A stretch of DNA of 64,000 bases from the human T2T-CHM13v2.0 reference genome, Homo sapiens. Within the stretch, counting starts at the first letter, position 1. Each line of letters starts with the position of its first letter. Below are positions 44,981-58,345 of the stretch, one piece after another. Under the pieces are notes generated by a model. It ran no database searches, was not told where the DNA came from, and worked only from the letters and a program-made list of their open reading frames with translations. Location: assembly GCF_009914755.1 (NCBI RefSeq), contig NC_060932.1. One strand, 5' to 3'. A program made the position numbers and the translations under genes.

Positions 44981-47689
44981 GTAGAAGTTATTTTATCTGC
45001 CCTCTATTTCTCAAAGCAGCTGATGTTCCCTCCTTCCTTGGTAAAGTATCTTCACTGGTATCAATACTTATGGAGAGCCAGCTGCTCCCTAGAATACCCA
45101 CACTTTGTTTCACCTGTTGATTTTTATGTAGACTTAAGAGTCAAATGTTTGTTTTTATGCCATTAATACCATTTTTACTTGCTATTATAAAGTCTATTTA
45201 CAAATTAAAATGTCTAGTAAGCTCTTACTGCTGAAAGGAGTTGTCTTGTGTAAAGTAAAGAGAATACTGTAGAAAAAGTTAATAAATTTGAGTAGCTAAG
45301 AGAATTTGCTGAAATTATATGCAGACAAGGTAACTGTGAAACACCAGGGAAAATGATCAAAATCCAGAATTCTGTGTGGAGATTTCTTTAAGTGTCTTTA
45401 TATTATTGTTCTAATTTCAGAAAAAACAATCTGGAAAACATTTATGGGCCATTAGGAATATGATTTATATTATAAAGATGACATGGACATCCCATGAGAA
45501 GACCTGAAATCAGAAAAAAAAGCTTAGTCCTACATAAAAAAAATAACAAAGAAATGATTATGTATAAATTAAGTTAAACTTACATATTACATATATATAA
45601 GTTCCAAACACTCTGCACCTTATAAAATCTTTTCTGATTAACCAAAAGATTGCTGGCTATCCAACAAGAGGGCTTCTACTGCACATGGTTGTATTATAAA
45701 AAAAAAAAAAATTGGTAGTTTCAACACCAAAATTCATTAGAGTTTGTCTCTTCATAGTCATCATGAGTTGTCTTTCCTTCAAATATTTATTTTCCAATCT
45801 CTTAAGAGTATGAATTACTTTAACAACAATTTAAAAGTTACTTGAAATAGGAAAGAACCCCTTCAACTTTCATCCCCCAACCCTGCCCCCACACACAAAA
45901 AAGTTGTCATTCGCCTGTCCTTTGGGAATATCTTATCAGTGGTCCCTATAGAGATTGTGGTTATTGTTGTTTGTTGCTTCATCAAAGCAACAGATTATTA
46001 AAGCTGAAGATGATCTCCAGTGTCTGGCCCTGTGTAATTGCAAAAACATCACTTTATGTGACTATTTCAGCATCAAGATTTGAGGTTGAGGAACTTGTTG
46101 GGGAAGATTATGCAGTTATTTTGAAGTGCTTGCTTCTGCAGCTTTGGTCCATCATTGCAATGTATGATGGCTGAATGGACATAATGCAAAGCTATCTACT
46201 CTGGGTCCTCATGGACACAGCCCAAGATGGCACCACCCATCCTAAGGTTTTCAGGTCTACCAACTACGCAAAGCTCATGATAAAAACCAAGGGTACATCA
46301 TAGCAGACAAATGTACTTAGGGTCCCAATCAGTGTTTAGAACCAGTGTGTGAATGAATATCTTTGTCTAGGATCAACAACTGTCACAGTGGGTGCTTCCA
46401 GTCCCTGTTCCAGCACTCCAGGTATGCTCGGCTGCCAGGTCACCCACGGACTTTATTATATATACATGTTTTTCACTCTGCACATGACCACTAATCTTTT
46501 GCCTGGAACATAGTAACTCAGTAAATAGTATGTTTCCCTTTAGAAGATTGTAATAGGGGTGCATGTGAAAACAATACATTTGGTTTAGATAATAAACTAC
46601 ATGACAGTGGACTCTGTGCCTTTTTTCTGTATAACTTCTTTGGACTAAACACAGCTTGCATCATGTTGGAAGTAAAAGCTAGTTAGTGTGCTAGTGAAGT
46701 GTCTTCCATTTTGCAAAAGTGCTTCATGTCTATAGTGTAACATTACATGATGGCATATTCTTTCAAATTATATTTACATATATTCCCAAACCTAAAATCT
46801 CTAATTTGCTTTTCTGTTCTAATGCCTTTTTTCCTTCTGAAGTCCATAGTATTAAAAAATACTTATTCTTTGGGAAGATACTGAGTTTTTGCTTAGGGTC
46901 ATACATAAAGGAGGTTGATTTAAATAATCATAGGAGTTAAATTGCATCTGTCAGGGAGTTCTACATTTTTGGCAGTTATAGGCTGCCTTTATTCAGTTTA
47001 ATGATGAAGATTTGACTTTGCTGGATTTTTTTCTTCTTAGTAAAATGAATGGTGCATCTTTCTTTAATTGTGATCCTCATCAACCATTTGGCCCAGTAAT
47101 GGTATGCAAATTAAACCCTTTAAAAATTAATGCCAACATTTATTAAATAATGCATCACACAAAAAGTTAATTTGAAATTCCAAGTTAGGCTTCCTGTCTG
47201 CTCATGAGAAAGTGTTTTTGTGTGTGTGTGCCATCTTCATAAAACATCTTTATAGTCTTTCTAAATACCTTGAATGTTTTTTAGTATTTTGCAAATTATC
47301 AGAGACTGTTCATGGGTACAGGATATGCTTTTCAGTTTTAATTTGTATAAACTCTCAGGTTTTGAATTTATATCACTGCTTTGACCTTCTAAACTTACAA
47401 GTGCTCATGGATGTTTCTTTATCAAAATTTAAAGACAAGTCTAATTAAGGACTATATATACTTGAATGATACAAGCCTACATTCACTTTTGATTCTAAAA
47501 AAATCAAAATGTATATCACGTGCTAGTTTGGCAATTGTAAACCTTAGGTAACATCCTCATCCAGACAACAGTGTGTACTGGCATTCAGCCTGGTGCATTA
47601 GTGATTTTGTAAATTTGATTTGGGAAATTTAAGGGAGATTTTGAAGATGATCAGTATAATCTGAGAAGAATGAGCCATCTTAGAAGGCA

Positions 47690-47940
47690 GCTATGTATAT
47701 TGCTATAACAAGAATGCTGGAATGTGACTGCTGGGGTTTGAATACCAGCCCTTGGTACTTTTGGTCCTAGACAAACTCCTTATCCTCTCGGGTCTCAGTT
47801 TCTTTATCTGTGAAACTAACAGCAATAAGTGTACTTATAGGACTGTTATGAAGCTTAAAATACACAATAAATATAAAATACTTCTAACAGTCCCTGATTC
47901 ATAGTAAGCACACAATACCTGTTAGTGCATTATTATTATC
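47690..47940 (+). mobile_element. MIR
   Basis: gggtttgaataccagccc...gtctcagtttctttatctgtgaaa...catagtaagcacacaata. Confidence 0.8.
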
Positions 47941-49951
47941 TTGAACACTTTCCTCTGACTTAGATTGTAAGAAGATTAGATTCTAAGAAGATTTTAGCTA
48001 CACTACTTAAATGAGTATTCAAAGAGTTTAACAATACTTTAGGTTTGACTTGCTACTGCAAGAGGAGGAATCGGATATCTTTTTGCATTGTTTATAAAAA
48101 TGAAATTTGGAAAAGAATGTAGAATTTTTCATTATAGCTGTTGCTGTTCCTTCCATCCGATGTGAATTACTGAAAAAGAGCTTTCCCATGTATGTTTTTA
48201 TTTCAACAAACATGCATTTAACACCCAACATATGCAAGGCTTTGAGCTGACATTAGGAAGGGAAACATAAGAAGATGAAATACGGTTCTTATCCTCAAAG
48301 AGTTAGCCCTACAGTTAACAATAGAGATCCCAAAAATATCAAAAAGTTAATCATGACATAGAAAATAAAAAGGCATTTCAATAATTTATAATAAAGAAAA
48401 AGATCTACCATAAGAAAGGATACAATTAAGCATCTATAGGGTGATAGGAACAATACATGCAAGTTTCTCTCGTGTTTTTTATTTATAAGCTTGTTTCATA
48501 TAAAATGTGAGCTAAGTATTTAAAGAAGAGGAAAATCCTTGTGGTTGGGTTAGTCTTGGACAGCTTTATGAGGAAAGTGTGCTTCAGAAAGATCTTGAAG
48601 ATTGAGTTCCTGTTGAGCTTAATCTCGTAGGCTGTCTCATAGGTATTAATAAGGTATGTATTTACTGGAGGTGGGTATAGTTTAGGATCTCACAGGATGA
48701 CATCATGCTTAGTTGCAGTTCAGATCAACCCTGAAGTAAGCTTACTGAGATTTCATCAAGAACCAAATGGAATTAGATATCATCATACATCATATCATTT
48801 TGATAGTTCTATGTTTATTGAGGATCCAGTCAATATCTGGGGGGGAAATGAATATAAAGAAAGAGGTGCATTCATTGTTAGTTACTGGCCTCCAGTTGCT
48901 CACAACACATGTAACAAATATTTGTTATGCTTTATGATACATGTCAAGAAGAGAGTAAGCCAGGGGTGTGATGGATCTGAGGAGTGGACAAGAGGCTGTG
49001 ACAGGGGAGGCTTCAGAAAGGAGCCAGCATTTTCTGTTCTATGAATTCCTGAGTGGAAGCCAAATTCAATTTTTAATTTTAGGTCAATTCAAAGTGCTTC
49101 ACAACTTTTTCCTTTCCACCAAATCTAAAGCTATGATCTGTGAGTAAAAATTGCTAAGATAAGTATCAATCAGCTAAGAGTCTGTGGGACAATCACTCTT
49201 TTTGACTGGCACTTTGGTGTCATTAGAGTTTGTTTCAAAAATGGATTTGGGGTTTAGATATCTGAGTTAGTCGAAAAACACTTTAAATCACAAATAAAGA
49301 GAGTGTCCCAAACTAGTAGTGGATTTAAGCAAAAGGTGTTTCTCATTATATCTAATAGAGATTTTCTTCAATTGTTCATTTATTCTTTTATTTTTTCAAT
49401 CATTTATGCACATACCTAGGCTCTGTACAATTTTTTGGCTGATTTAGTAATGAACAAGCACCATATATTTTTTCATGAATTGTAAGAATCTAGAATTTTT
49501 TTACATAGTTGTACCACAGAATTGCCAGTCTATTGAGTGATAAGACTAATTGTCATATAGGCAGGGATATTGCCATTGCAGTAGAGTATTGGATGAAGAG
49601 GCATCTTACAATAAGGCAAATTTTGAAGTACAATCTAATTTGTCATAAATGGAATGAATTCAATTAAGACAACATATCAACATAAGTAAGCCACAAGCCC
49701 TTAAACTTGAGGACAGCACAGTCTAAATTCAAATGGTGACCAGAACATTTATTAGAATATTATATTGAGATTAAGTCACTGTGATTTTTAATTGATGGTT
49801 AAGAAATTGGGGGATTTTTAAGAATACTACTTACTATTACACTATCACCACTAATAATGACTGCCATTTTTTGGTTCTCTTATGTATGTTATTGAGCCAA
49901 GGGCTTTACATTTAAGACATTTTTGTTCCCTACAAGATGTGCATAAGTATG

Positions 49952-50763
49952 TGTAATGGAAATGGGAGGAGTTTTCCCTTATCCGTCTCGCAGGGCGTGT
50001 GTCAGGGCCGTGGCTCATTTCTTTGGTGCCCAGGAGCTCAAACCCCTAGGGGGAGCATGCAGGCGGGCAGGTCGTGGGGAGCCTAGGCTCTGGCCCTGTG
50101 GCAGCAGCAGTGTCCAGGGATGAGTGTTTATGGCTCCTGAAGCCCCATTGGGCGTGTGTTACAGTGTACTCATTCAGCTTAGTTGTCTGCAGGTGGCTTA
50201 TGTTAATCAGCTCAGTTAGACCCTCTGCTTTATGGCAAGGACAGAAAGCTTTCTGTATCCCATGGTTCTTGCCCTAGTGTACTAGGAAAAATCGGATCAC
50301 GAGTGGGCTTGGAAAATGAGTGCAAGGTTTTATTGAGTGGTGGAAATAGCTCTCAGCAGATGGATGGGGAGCCAGAAGGGGGATGAAGTGGGAAGGTTTT
50401 CTTCCCCTGGTGTCGGGCTGCTCAGTGACCAGGCTCTCCTCCAAACGCCATTGGCTGAACTTCCTTGGCGTCCATATCATTCAGTGGCTGATGATCTGCC
50501 GGTGTCTGTCGGTGTGTTCTTCTGCTGGTGTACTCCTCTTGACGTCCACCCACTTGTATGTGTGCCCGCTAGGGTCTCAGGGTTTTTATAGCACAGAATG
50601 CGGGGCGTGGTGGGCCAGAATGTTCTTGGAAAATGCAACATTTTGACGTGAAAACAGGAGTGCCTATCCTCACCTAGGTCCATGGGCACAGGTCCGAGGG
50701 TGGAGCCTTAGCCAGGGACCCCATGTTTCTCCTCCCAGCACTTCCCTGCCCCCTCCCATATCA
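49952..50763 (-). mobile_element. ERV1 solo LTR, LTR1 family (HUERS-P2 type)
   Basis: TG...CA termini; reverse complement starts tgatatgggagggggcagggaagtgctggg...ggacctaggtgagg; TATA and AATAAA on the minus strand; splits a MIR. Confidence 0.8.
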
Positions 50764-50921
50764 CAATCATCTCTATTTGCAAAGGAAGAAACTAAGGCTG
50801 AGTAATATTGAATGATTTGCTATACGTCAGAAAGGGGTCAATAAGTGACAGAGCCTATACAGGTTGGGTATTCCTAATCCAAAAAATCCAAATTCTGAAA
50901 TGCTGCAAAATCCAAAAGTTT

Positions 50922-51942
50922 TCTAATTTTATTTTTTAAATTGGTAATAATTATATGTACTCATCAGATGATGTTTTAATACATATGATGTCAAAATGCT
51001 TTGGCTGTGTCCACACCCAAATTTCATCTCAAATTGTAATCCAAATTGTAATCCCCATGTGTCAAGGGAGGGACCTAGTGGGAGGTGATTGGATCATGGG
51101 GGCGGTTTCCCCCATGCTGTTTTCGTGATAGTGGGTGAGTTCTCATGAGATCTGATTGTTTGATAAGTGTCTGGCACTTTCCCCTTCTCTCACTCATTTG
51201 CCTGCTGCTTTGTAAGATGTGCCTTGCTTCCCCTTCACCTTCCACCATGATTGTAAGTTTCCTGAGGCCTCCCTGGCCATGCAAGACTGTGAGCCAATTA
51301 AACCTCTTTTTCTTTATAAATTACCCAGACTTTATAGCCATGTGAAAACAGACGAATACAAATGTGTAGTGATTGGATCAGGGTAACTACTATATCCAAC
51401 ATCTGAAACATTTGTCATTTCTTTGTGTTGGGAAAGTTCCATATCCTCCTTCTAGCTATTTGAAACTAGTATGTTTTTGTTAATTAACTACAGTCATCCT
51501 ACAGAAGTATAGAATAGTATAACTTATTTCTCCTATCTAGCTGTAATTTTGTATCCTTTAACAAATCTCCCCTTTTCTCTCATTTCCCCCACTCTTCTCA
51601 GCCTCTACTTCCTCTATTCTAGTTTTTACTTACATGAGATCAACAACTTTTTATTTCCTGCCTATGAATGAGAACATGCAATTTTTAACTTTCCCCTCCT
51701 GGGTTATTTCACTTAACATAATGTCCTCCAGTTCTATCCATGTTGCCACATTTAACAGAATTTCATTCTTTTTTATGGTTGAATAGTATTTCATGGTGCA
51801 TATATACCACATTTTTAAATCCATTCATCTGTTGTTAGATACCTTGGTTGATTCCATATCTAGGCTATTATTAATTGTTCTTCAATAAGCATGAGGTGAA
51901 GATGTATGTCTCTTTGATATGATTTATCCAAAGGAAAGGAAA
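50922..51942 (-). mobile_element. L1MA-type 3' fragment, split by THE1D
   Basis: catttctttgtgttggga...ttctagctatttgaaa...atttcacttaacataatgtcctccagttctatccatgttgcc. Confidence 0.85.
50992..51360 (+). mobile_element. THE1D-like solo LTR (MaLR)
   Basis: ttggctgtgtcc...ggatcatgggggcggtttcccccatgctg...gattgtaagtttcctgaggcctccc...aataca; near-TSD GATGT/AATGT. Confidence 0.88.
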
Positions 51943-52944
51943 CTCAAAACTTTTTGAGCACCAACATGATACTCAAAATACTCATTGGAGCATTTCAGAT
52001 TTCAGATTATTGGAAAAGAGATGCTCAACCAGTAAAATCAACCAGTAAATATTCAAAAATCAAAAAAAAATCCAAACACTTCTGCTCCTAAGCACTTAGG
52101 ATAAGGGATAATCAATGTGTATTGTATTCGATTTCTATCTTACAGGTGTCTAATAAAACACCAGATAATTGTTCAATGACAAACAATTAAAAATAACAAT
52201 TGATCAAGTTATTTTTATTTTTTAACTACAGTTAAACCAGTTCGCTAAAGTTCTATGAAATATCTGCCATGACATGAATCTAGTGCTTCCTGGGTCATTT
52301 TAACGGAATCTCACTCATGCATTTAAATCAAGAACAAAAACAAAACTTTTTTTCTGATTCAAAGCATTTCATTAAGGAGACACAGAACTCACTTTTCTTT
52401 TCTTCAACTACTCTTACTAATCTTTTCTGCTCTTTTAAACATGTTTTCAAAGCCTTTTACTAACTTCCACCTTCAAGTTGCAGCCTCTGCCAAGAAATAA
52501 CACTTCTGCCCATCTCTGTCAACTACCTCCCTCCCATCATTCAACTGGGCTCTCAGATAGGACCCGTTCTAAAAGATCTTCTCTGTCTAATTTAAAGAAT
52601 GGTAGGGTTTATGTAATAATCATTAGCCATACATCCCCTAGCACTAATTTATACATTTGTTTTACAAATATATTTCATATTTTTCTGCCCCAGTGTTTTA
52701 TATTTTGATTCTGTTAAAACATGGAAAGGCTTGTTTGGTAGTTTCCATAAGAATCATGTATACTGAAGTTCTTACCTTCAGTGATCATCAGCAACTGAGC
52801 TATCAAGAAGACCATGTAAATATAGATAAAAAGCAGCCCTCTCAAACAAACCCTTAGACACTGCTTAAAATTCAGTGCCTTAAGGCTGTTAGGAAGTAGG
52901 GATTGGAGAGTAAACTGGTAGAACTATTTTATTTATAAATACTT

Positions 52945-53500
52945 TTATCCAAGATTCCCTACAAAACAGAGCGTGAGTCAAGAATTAAGAGGTGATGCTT
53001 TATTTAGGAAGTGCAATTCTAAGACATGGAAAATGAGAAAAGATAAAGTAAAGTAGGTAAGGATGAGAAGCAATGCAAAGTGATGTGTTACGTCACTGGC
53101 CATTGCTTTATAAAAACCCTAAAAGAGACAAAGATGGTTGCTTGGGAGGTATACCTTCTTGGCCACAAAGACCATCTCTGATCAGACTGCGTGATGAAAC
53201 TGCCTCAGAACAGAAAGTGAGAGGGAACAAGAGGGTATTTATCTGTTTTGATGTCAACATTTCCTATCTCTTCTTTCTCCTTGGCCAAATTTCATCTATT
53301 GGAGCACCCCACCCCCAACACCAATCCTCAGTGGGGTGCTGCATTCCAGTCTGGAGGTGATGAGAGGGACTCAGGACTTGTGGCTGGTCAGGCATGTTGG
53401 CTCCAGATGATAGGACTATCATGAGCAGAGTTGAATGGTTGCAACTGCGTCAGATCAAGTGACTGAGAATGAAAAGAATCTGAGGAACATGAGCAATGGG
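52945..53500 (-). mobile_element. Old ERVL-type LTR (LTR16/LTR40-like)
   Basis: ttccctacaaaacagagcgtgagtcaaga...gctttatttaggaagtgcaattc resembles the antisense end of these LTRs; family uncertain. Confidence 0.45.
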
Positions 53501-53679
53501 GTATCACGTTTACTTCCTATTTATTATGTGTCAAGCACTGCAGAGCACTTAGCTTGCCTTATCTCTTTTGATCTATTGTTATTCCCATTGTACAATGATG
53601 TAGTCAAACCCTAATAGGATTACTCATCCTCAGATTTTAAACCAAGCAGTTATTATTAGCCTAACTAGAGGGCAACATT

Positions 53680-53927
53680 TTTTCCTTCACTCTCCTCCAC
53701 CTTCCACCCTTCGTCTTTTTCCCTCCCTCCCTTCATCCTTTCCTTCCTTCACTCTTTCCTTTTTTCCTTTTTCTATCCCCCCCACTTCTATCTTCCTTCA
53801 TTCCTCCTCTCTCAAAGCTTTCTTTGTTTTTTTCTTTCTCCCTTTCTGATTTTTAGTTCCTCTCCCTTTCTTCCTTCTTTTCTTCTTCCCTCCTTTTAAC
53901 TCCTCCCTCCCTTCCTTCCTTTCTTCA
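53680..53927. repeat. CT-rich low-complexity tract at an L2 tail
   Basis: Near-homopyrimidine run directly adjoining the L2 3' end (ttcaataaatatttttatctactatg). Confidence 0.9.
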
Positions 53928-54690
53928 ATAAATATTTTTTATCTACTATGTTCTAGAAACTGGTCTAATTGATAAGAATACACAGTCAACATGGCCCTTG
54001 CTCTCTTGTTTCTTAAAATCAAGCTGGGAATGGAGAGGGAAGCACACAATTAAAAATAAACAAATAGCCAGAATATTTTCACATCATGATCTGTACTATA
54101 AAGACAGTGAGACAGGATATGGGAGGGTGACAGCAAGTTTAAAAAAAGAGTAGCATGAGGGAAGATGCTTCTCTAAATGATGTGTTCAGTACAGTTATTT
54201 CTATAAGGAGGTGACATTTGACCTGATATATGACTGATGATAAGCAGTGAGAGACAGGTCAATGTAGCTGCTAAGTAAAGAGTAGACTGTAGGAGAGGCT
54301 ACTTATGAGGCTAAGGGATGATCCAGGACAAAGGGAATAGTGGGTTGGATTAGGACGGTTGCATAGAGGTTGACAGAAGTGGGTAGACACAGTATCATGC
54401 TGGGAAATAGAACCAAAAGGAGGTCTCAATGATGGCACCCAGGCTTTTGATGTCAGCCATCAGGTGAATGATAGTTTCATTTACCGAGATGAAGAAGACA
54501 AAGGGAAGTATACATCTGGAGTGGAGGCAAAAACTTATATTTTGCATGTGTTAGGCTTGAGGTGTCTGTTAGCCATACAAATAGAGGCATCAGGGAAACC
54601 TGAATATAAAAGCCTGGGTTTAGGAGAGAGATATGGACCAATGATAAAATGTGGGGAGTCATTGGCAGGTAGATGGTATTGGTAGCCATA
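53925..54690 (-). mobile_element. L2 LINE 3' region
   Basis: ctactatgttctagaaactgg...aggaggtgacatttgacctga...gtttcatttaccgagatgaag. Confidence 0.75.
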
Positions 54691-56626
54691 TTTTATTTAA
54701 GCATACTGATTTTAACAAATAACTGACTAACACATGCTTTCCTGGGACTTCTCTTTTTTATTTTACTCTGTATTTTCACTCTTAAATATAATGAAAAGTA
54801 GTTGCACATCCTAGTAAAGATAACTTTATAATACTTTGTTACAGTTTAATAGCCTTAAAATATGACTTACCTTGTTTGGTTTTAGTATTCAATTTATAAA
54901 TGTATATGCTTTATTATGCTTTAAATTTGTAAACCAAAGCCATAAGAAAAGCAAACTCTTCTCTCTAGTGGATTAGAGTGGTAAGCATCAATGTAAACTA
55001 ATAACATATCCATGTATATTCATAGAAGTTTTTTTAACCTATAAAAATGTACAAATCTAATTAACAAGCAGCAGAATACTAACAGGAACACTTGGAAAAT
55101 GATCAAGTGGTGTTTGTATTTTAAGTGATAGAAGGTGGAGATAATGGAAAAGAATGAACTAACTTATGCTCCTGGCATGACTTTGTTTGGTGAAAGCAAC
55201 TGTCTTTGGAGTAATTTGGAAAGCAATGTGAGATGCTACAAATGCATTATGGAATCCATCTTTGGATACTTGGTTTATGACAAGGCCAAAGGAATGCTGC
55301 AGAAAACAATATTGTCTTTTATGCTACTAAATATTGCCTATTCTTAAAGCTAAGAAAAGAGCTAGTTTCTAGTAAATATTCACAGAGGCATCACTACGAT
55401 AGTTTCCCAAAGGCTCGTGTGAATTTGAAAGCACTGGCTGTTTAAGGAAACAGTGACTGTGTCATGTTTCTGCACTATGCTTGCCTCTCTATGAACAGAA
55501 CACTCTTGACTTCTAAAACACATGGAAAGCAGCGAATTCAGTATCCAAATGTTAAATCCTATTTTATATGCTACTATATAAAGTGCATTTAGACCAGGAG
55601 TCAATAAAGAAGGAGGAAAAATTCCCCTCTGTTATTTGAGAAGATGGGTTTAGGATTCATGATAGAGGATAAAATTTCAAACATTTTCAATGAAGAGGCA
55701 GAGGGCTGATCTGCTGTGAGCTGTCATGTATTCCCAGTATTTGGTCAGGATGCATGGAAGCAACAAGGTGTGAGCTCTCACATCATACCCCCAGGACTTC
55801 CGTCCTTCACTCTGCTTCTTTGTGTAATACAGTGAGCAGCTAAATATTTTGACCATTACTATGAAAAATTTGGGAGATGGCTACAGAAATAGATTATTTA
55901 AAAGCTTCATATGCTGTTTTTACTGATTCAGTACTAACTAGGAAAAGGCATAATTGAATAAATATGATTAACTGTATATGTAGATAAATAATCACACTGT
56001 CCATTGATAACTTTCCAAACTCTAATTTGTTGGAAACATGAAAAATAGTATTATCCTTTTCTGTGATAACTGAAACTGTGAGATAAGGGGGGAAAGTGGA
56101 TCTAATTGTTTCTGCATTTTTAAGTGTAGACTGAATAGATTTCAACTAAACACCTCTTATCAAAACTCTTTCTGATTACAAACATCTATATAGTATTTCT
56201 AACGGTCTCAGTTCATAATTTTTTTTACAATCTCTCAGGCTAGGTCTTTATGTTTAAATTTTCCACAGCAAGGACTGAAGATCTCTGAGTTGTTCAAAGC
56301 AAAACAAAATAGATATGACTCAAATTACTTGCTTCTACATCTCCTTGTACTTTTTAAAGCCTCTTATTTTTGTTTCCTAAGTTATAAATTTTCTGATATA
56401 GCCTACTTAACACTGTCAAATAAATGTTTCTCAAAATCTATATTATTTTTTCTGCTTAAATACCTGTAACATAGTGTTTGCTTTATGTTTTCCAGGAGCA
56501 CTAGTTCCATGTAATTCAAGCAAGGAATCAGGGCTCAAACACTTTGGGGAATTGTTCTATGCTCCCATTCACTTTTCAAGATTCCCCATATACATTAGAA
56601 TATTAAAGGCAATAGAATTCCTGCAG

Positions 56627-56649
56627 CAAAAAAAAAAAAAAAAAAAAAA
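56627..56649. repeat. Poly(A)23 run
   Basis: Directly visible. Confidence 0.95.
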
Positions 56650-56779
56650 GCTATTTAACTTTGTTTAATCCAGGTGGTTCCAGAATCATTTGAACTTTAA
56701 CCTACTTCTTCCATCGGGAGCACACTTTGAAAAATGCAAATGTAAAGGTGTTGGATTAGCTTAAAAATTTTTCAAAGAT

Positions 56780-56970
56780 CCGTTAGAACTGTAAGGATGT
56801 TTTGAGATCAAATAGTCCAATTATTTCACGTTACAAATAGTATAACTGGACTTAAATAGGACAAGAGACTTATAAAAGTTCACAATATCAAGAACTTTTC
56901 GAGTTAACAAAGAGACAGAATTTGAATCTCAATCTCAAAACTCATAGTTCTTTTCATCGCATTTTGCCTC
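56780..56970 (-). mobile_element. MIR
   Basis: ttagaactgtaaggatgttttgagatcaaatagtccaa...gacagaatttgaatctc. Confidence 0.55.
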
Positions 56971-57109
56971 TCTTTCAAAGTAAGTTTTAGGAGCTAGAGA
57001 TCCCTTTTGTACATCTTATCTATCACTTACAGCTCTGGATCATGGCACAGTGTATGGGAGAACATGGCTTAGAATTATTTACTCAGAAAACAGTGAATGG
57101 AGTGCTGGG

Positions 57110-57620
57110 TGAACAATAGTGGGTACAACCAACCATCATAGTTATTACTCTCATGGAGATTATTGCCTCCATGGGGGTCAGGCATAAAACAGACAAATCA
57201 ATAAATAGGCAATTATAAATGTGGGCAGGAAATAAGAAAGTTGCATACAGGGATCTGTGATTGTGATTAATGAGGAATACTTAGATAAGGCTCTTAGGAA
57301 GATTCATCTTAGAAAGGGAAATATTCTAACTGAAAGAGAAGCCAGCTATGCAAAGAACCAATGACAGGCCTTTCTAAATGGGATACTCCCACATTGTGAG
57401 GATCATAAAGAAGGAAATGGCTCTCCAGGAGTGGGACCATGGCCCAGCTGGCTTGAGCATGGTGGTATGGGAAACATTGTTAGACATAAATTTGAAGAGG
57501 CTGACAGATAATACATGATGCAGCTCAGTATAGATCATAGTAACCTGTTGGATTTTAAAGAGCATAGAAAGCCATAGCCTCGAGCAGTGAACTGGTGGTC
57601 TGATTGCTGCTTAAAAGAAC
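57110..57620 (-). mobile_element. L2 fragment
   Basis: actctcatggag...acagacaaatcaataaata...agccagctatgcaaag. Confidence 0.6.
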
Positions 57621-58345
57621 ATCACAGTGATATGGTAGATTCCTGAAAATTGCTTCACTGGGATTCTTAGATGGCAGTTCCTACGAGCTCAGGATGTCAA
57701 GGAACTACAAGTTCTTCCACAAGTGGAGGAAGGTAGATTCTTACTACAGCATCCATGTAGCTAATATTAGGAAGCCGGAGGAGTGGAAGCAGCAGGTTAG
57801 GCATGGAGCTCTCAGGATGGTAGTTTGGGAAGGGAGGAGGCCCATCCAGTGATGCAGATAAGATGGCAAAGAAGTCACCTTGCCAGGACTGTTCTTGACC
57901 TAAAAGGTAGGCTTTCAGCCTTCAGGCCAGAGTGAAGGGGTCAGGGGTGACAGTGGACAGAGCAGGAAAGGGGCAGGCTATGGGCTATGCAATTGTTAGG
58001 GGAGAACTGAGAAGCTCCTTGTCTTTCATGTGGACTACATGTGAGATCCATCCAAAGGGAATATGATGAGAAGGGTCTCTGTCTCGTGGCAAGTAGTGCA
58101 GGTAAACATGTTGTAGCTGTGTTTAGCATCATGGTGCGAGCCAGATCAAAAGGGCTTAATCTGAAACTGATCCTTTTGGTGTGCATTTTCACCCTTCAAA
58201 TAAGGATTTCCCTGAAACAATTTAGGTACGGCCTATATGCTCTTTTACAACATAGGAGTTACATTTTCATCATGGCAACTGAAAAAATTTTCTCAGCACT
58301 GTAAACTGTATTTTCTTATTATTTCAAATTATTTTAATATAAAAC

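Larger units (their letters stand above)
50860..52119. mobile_element. Tigger4a/MER46A-like TcMar MITE, split by L1MA
   Basis: TA-flanked TIRs caggttgggtattcct ... ataagggataatcaatgtg; body resumes at ~51946 (aaaactttttgagcaccaacatg...cattggagcatttcagatttcagatt). Confidence 0.85.

Noticed and set aside
50074-50689. Cluster of overlapping ORFs in GC-richer DNA, possible CpG island or gene start
   Set aside because: Entirely inside the LTR1-family solo LTR; no gag, pol or env similarity
56627-56649. Poly(A)23 as the tail of a processed pseudogene
   Set aside because: No upstream ORF, canonical AATAAA at the expected distance or clear TSD; the flanks look like degraded DNA-transposon sequence
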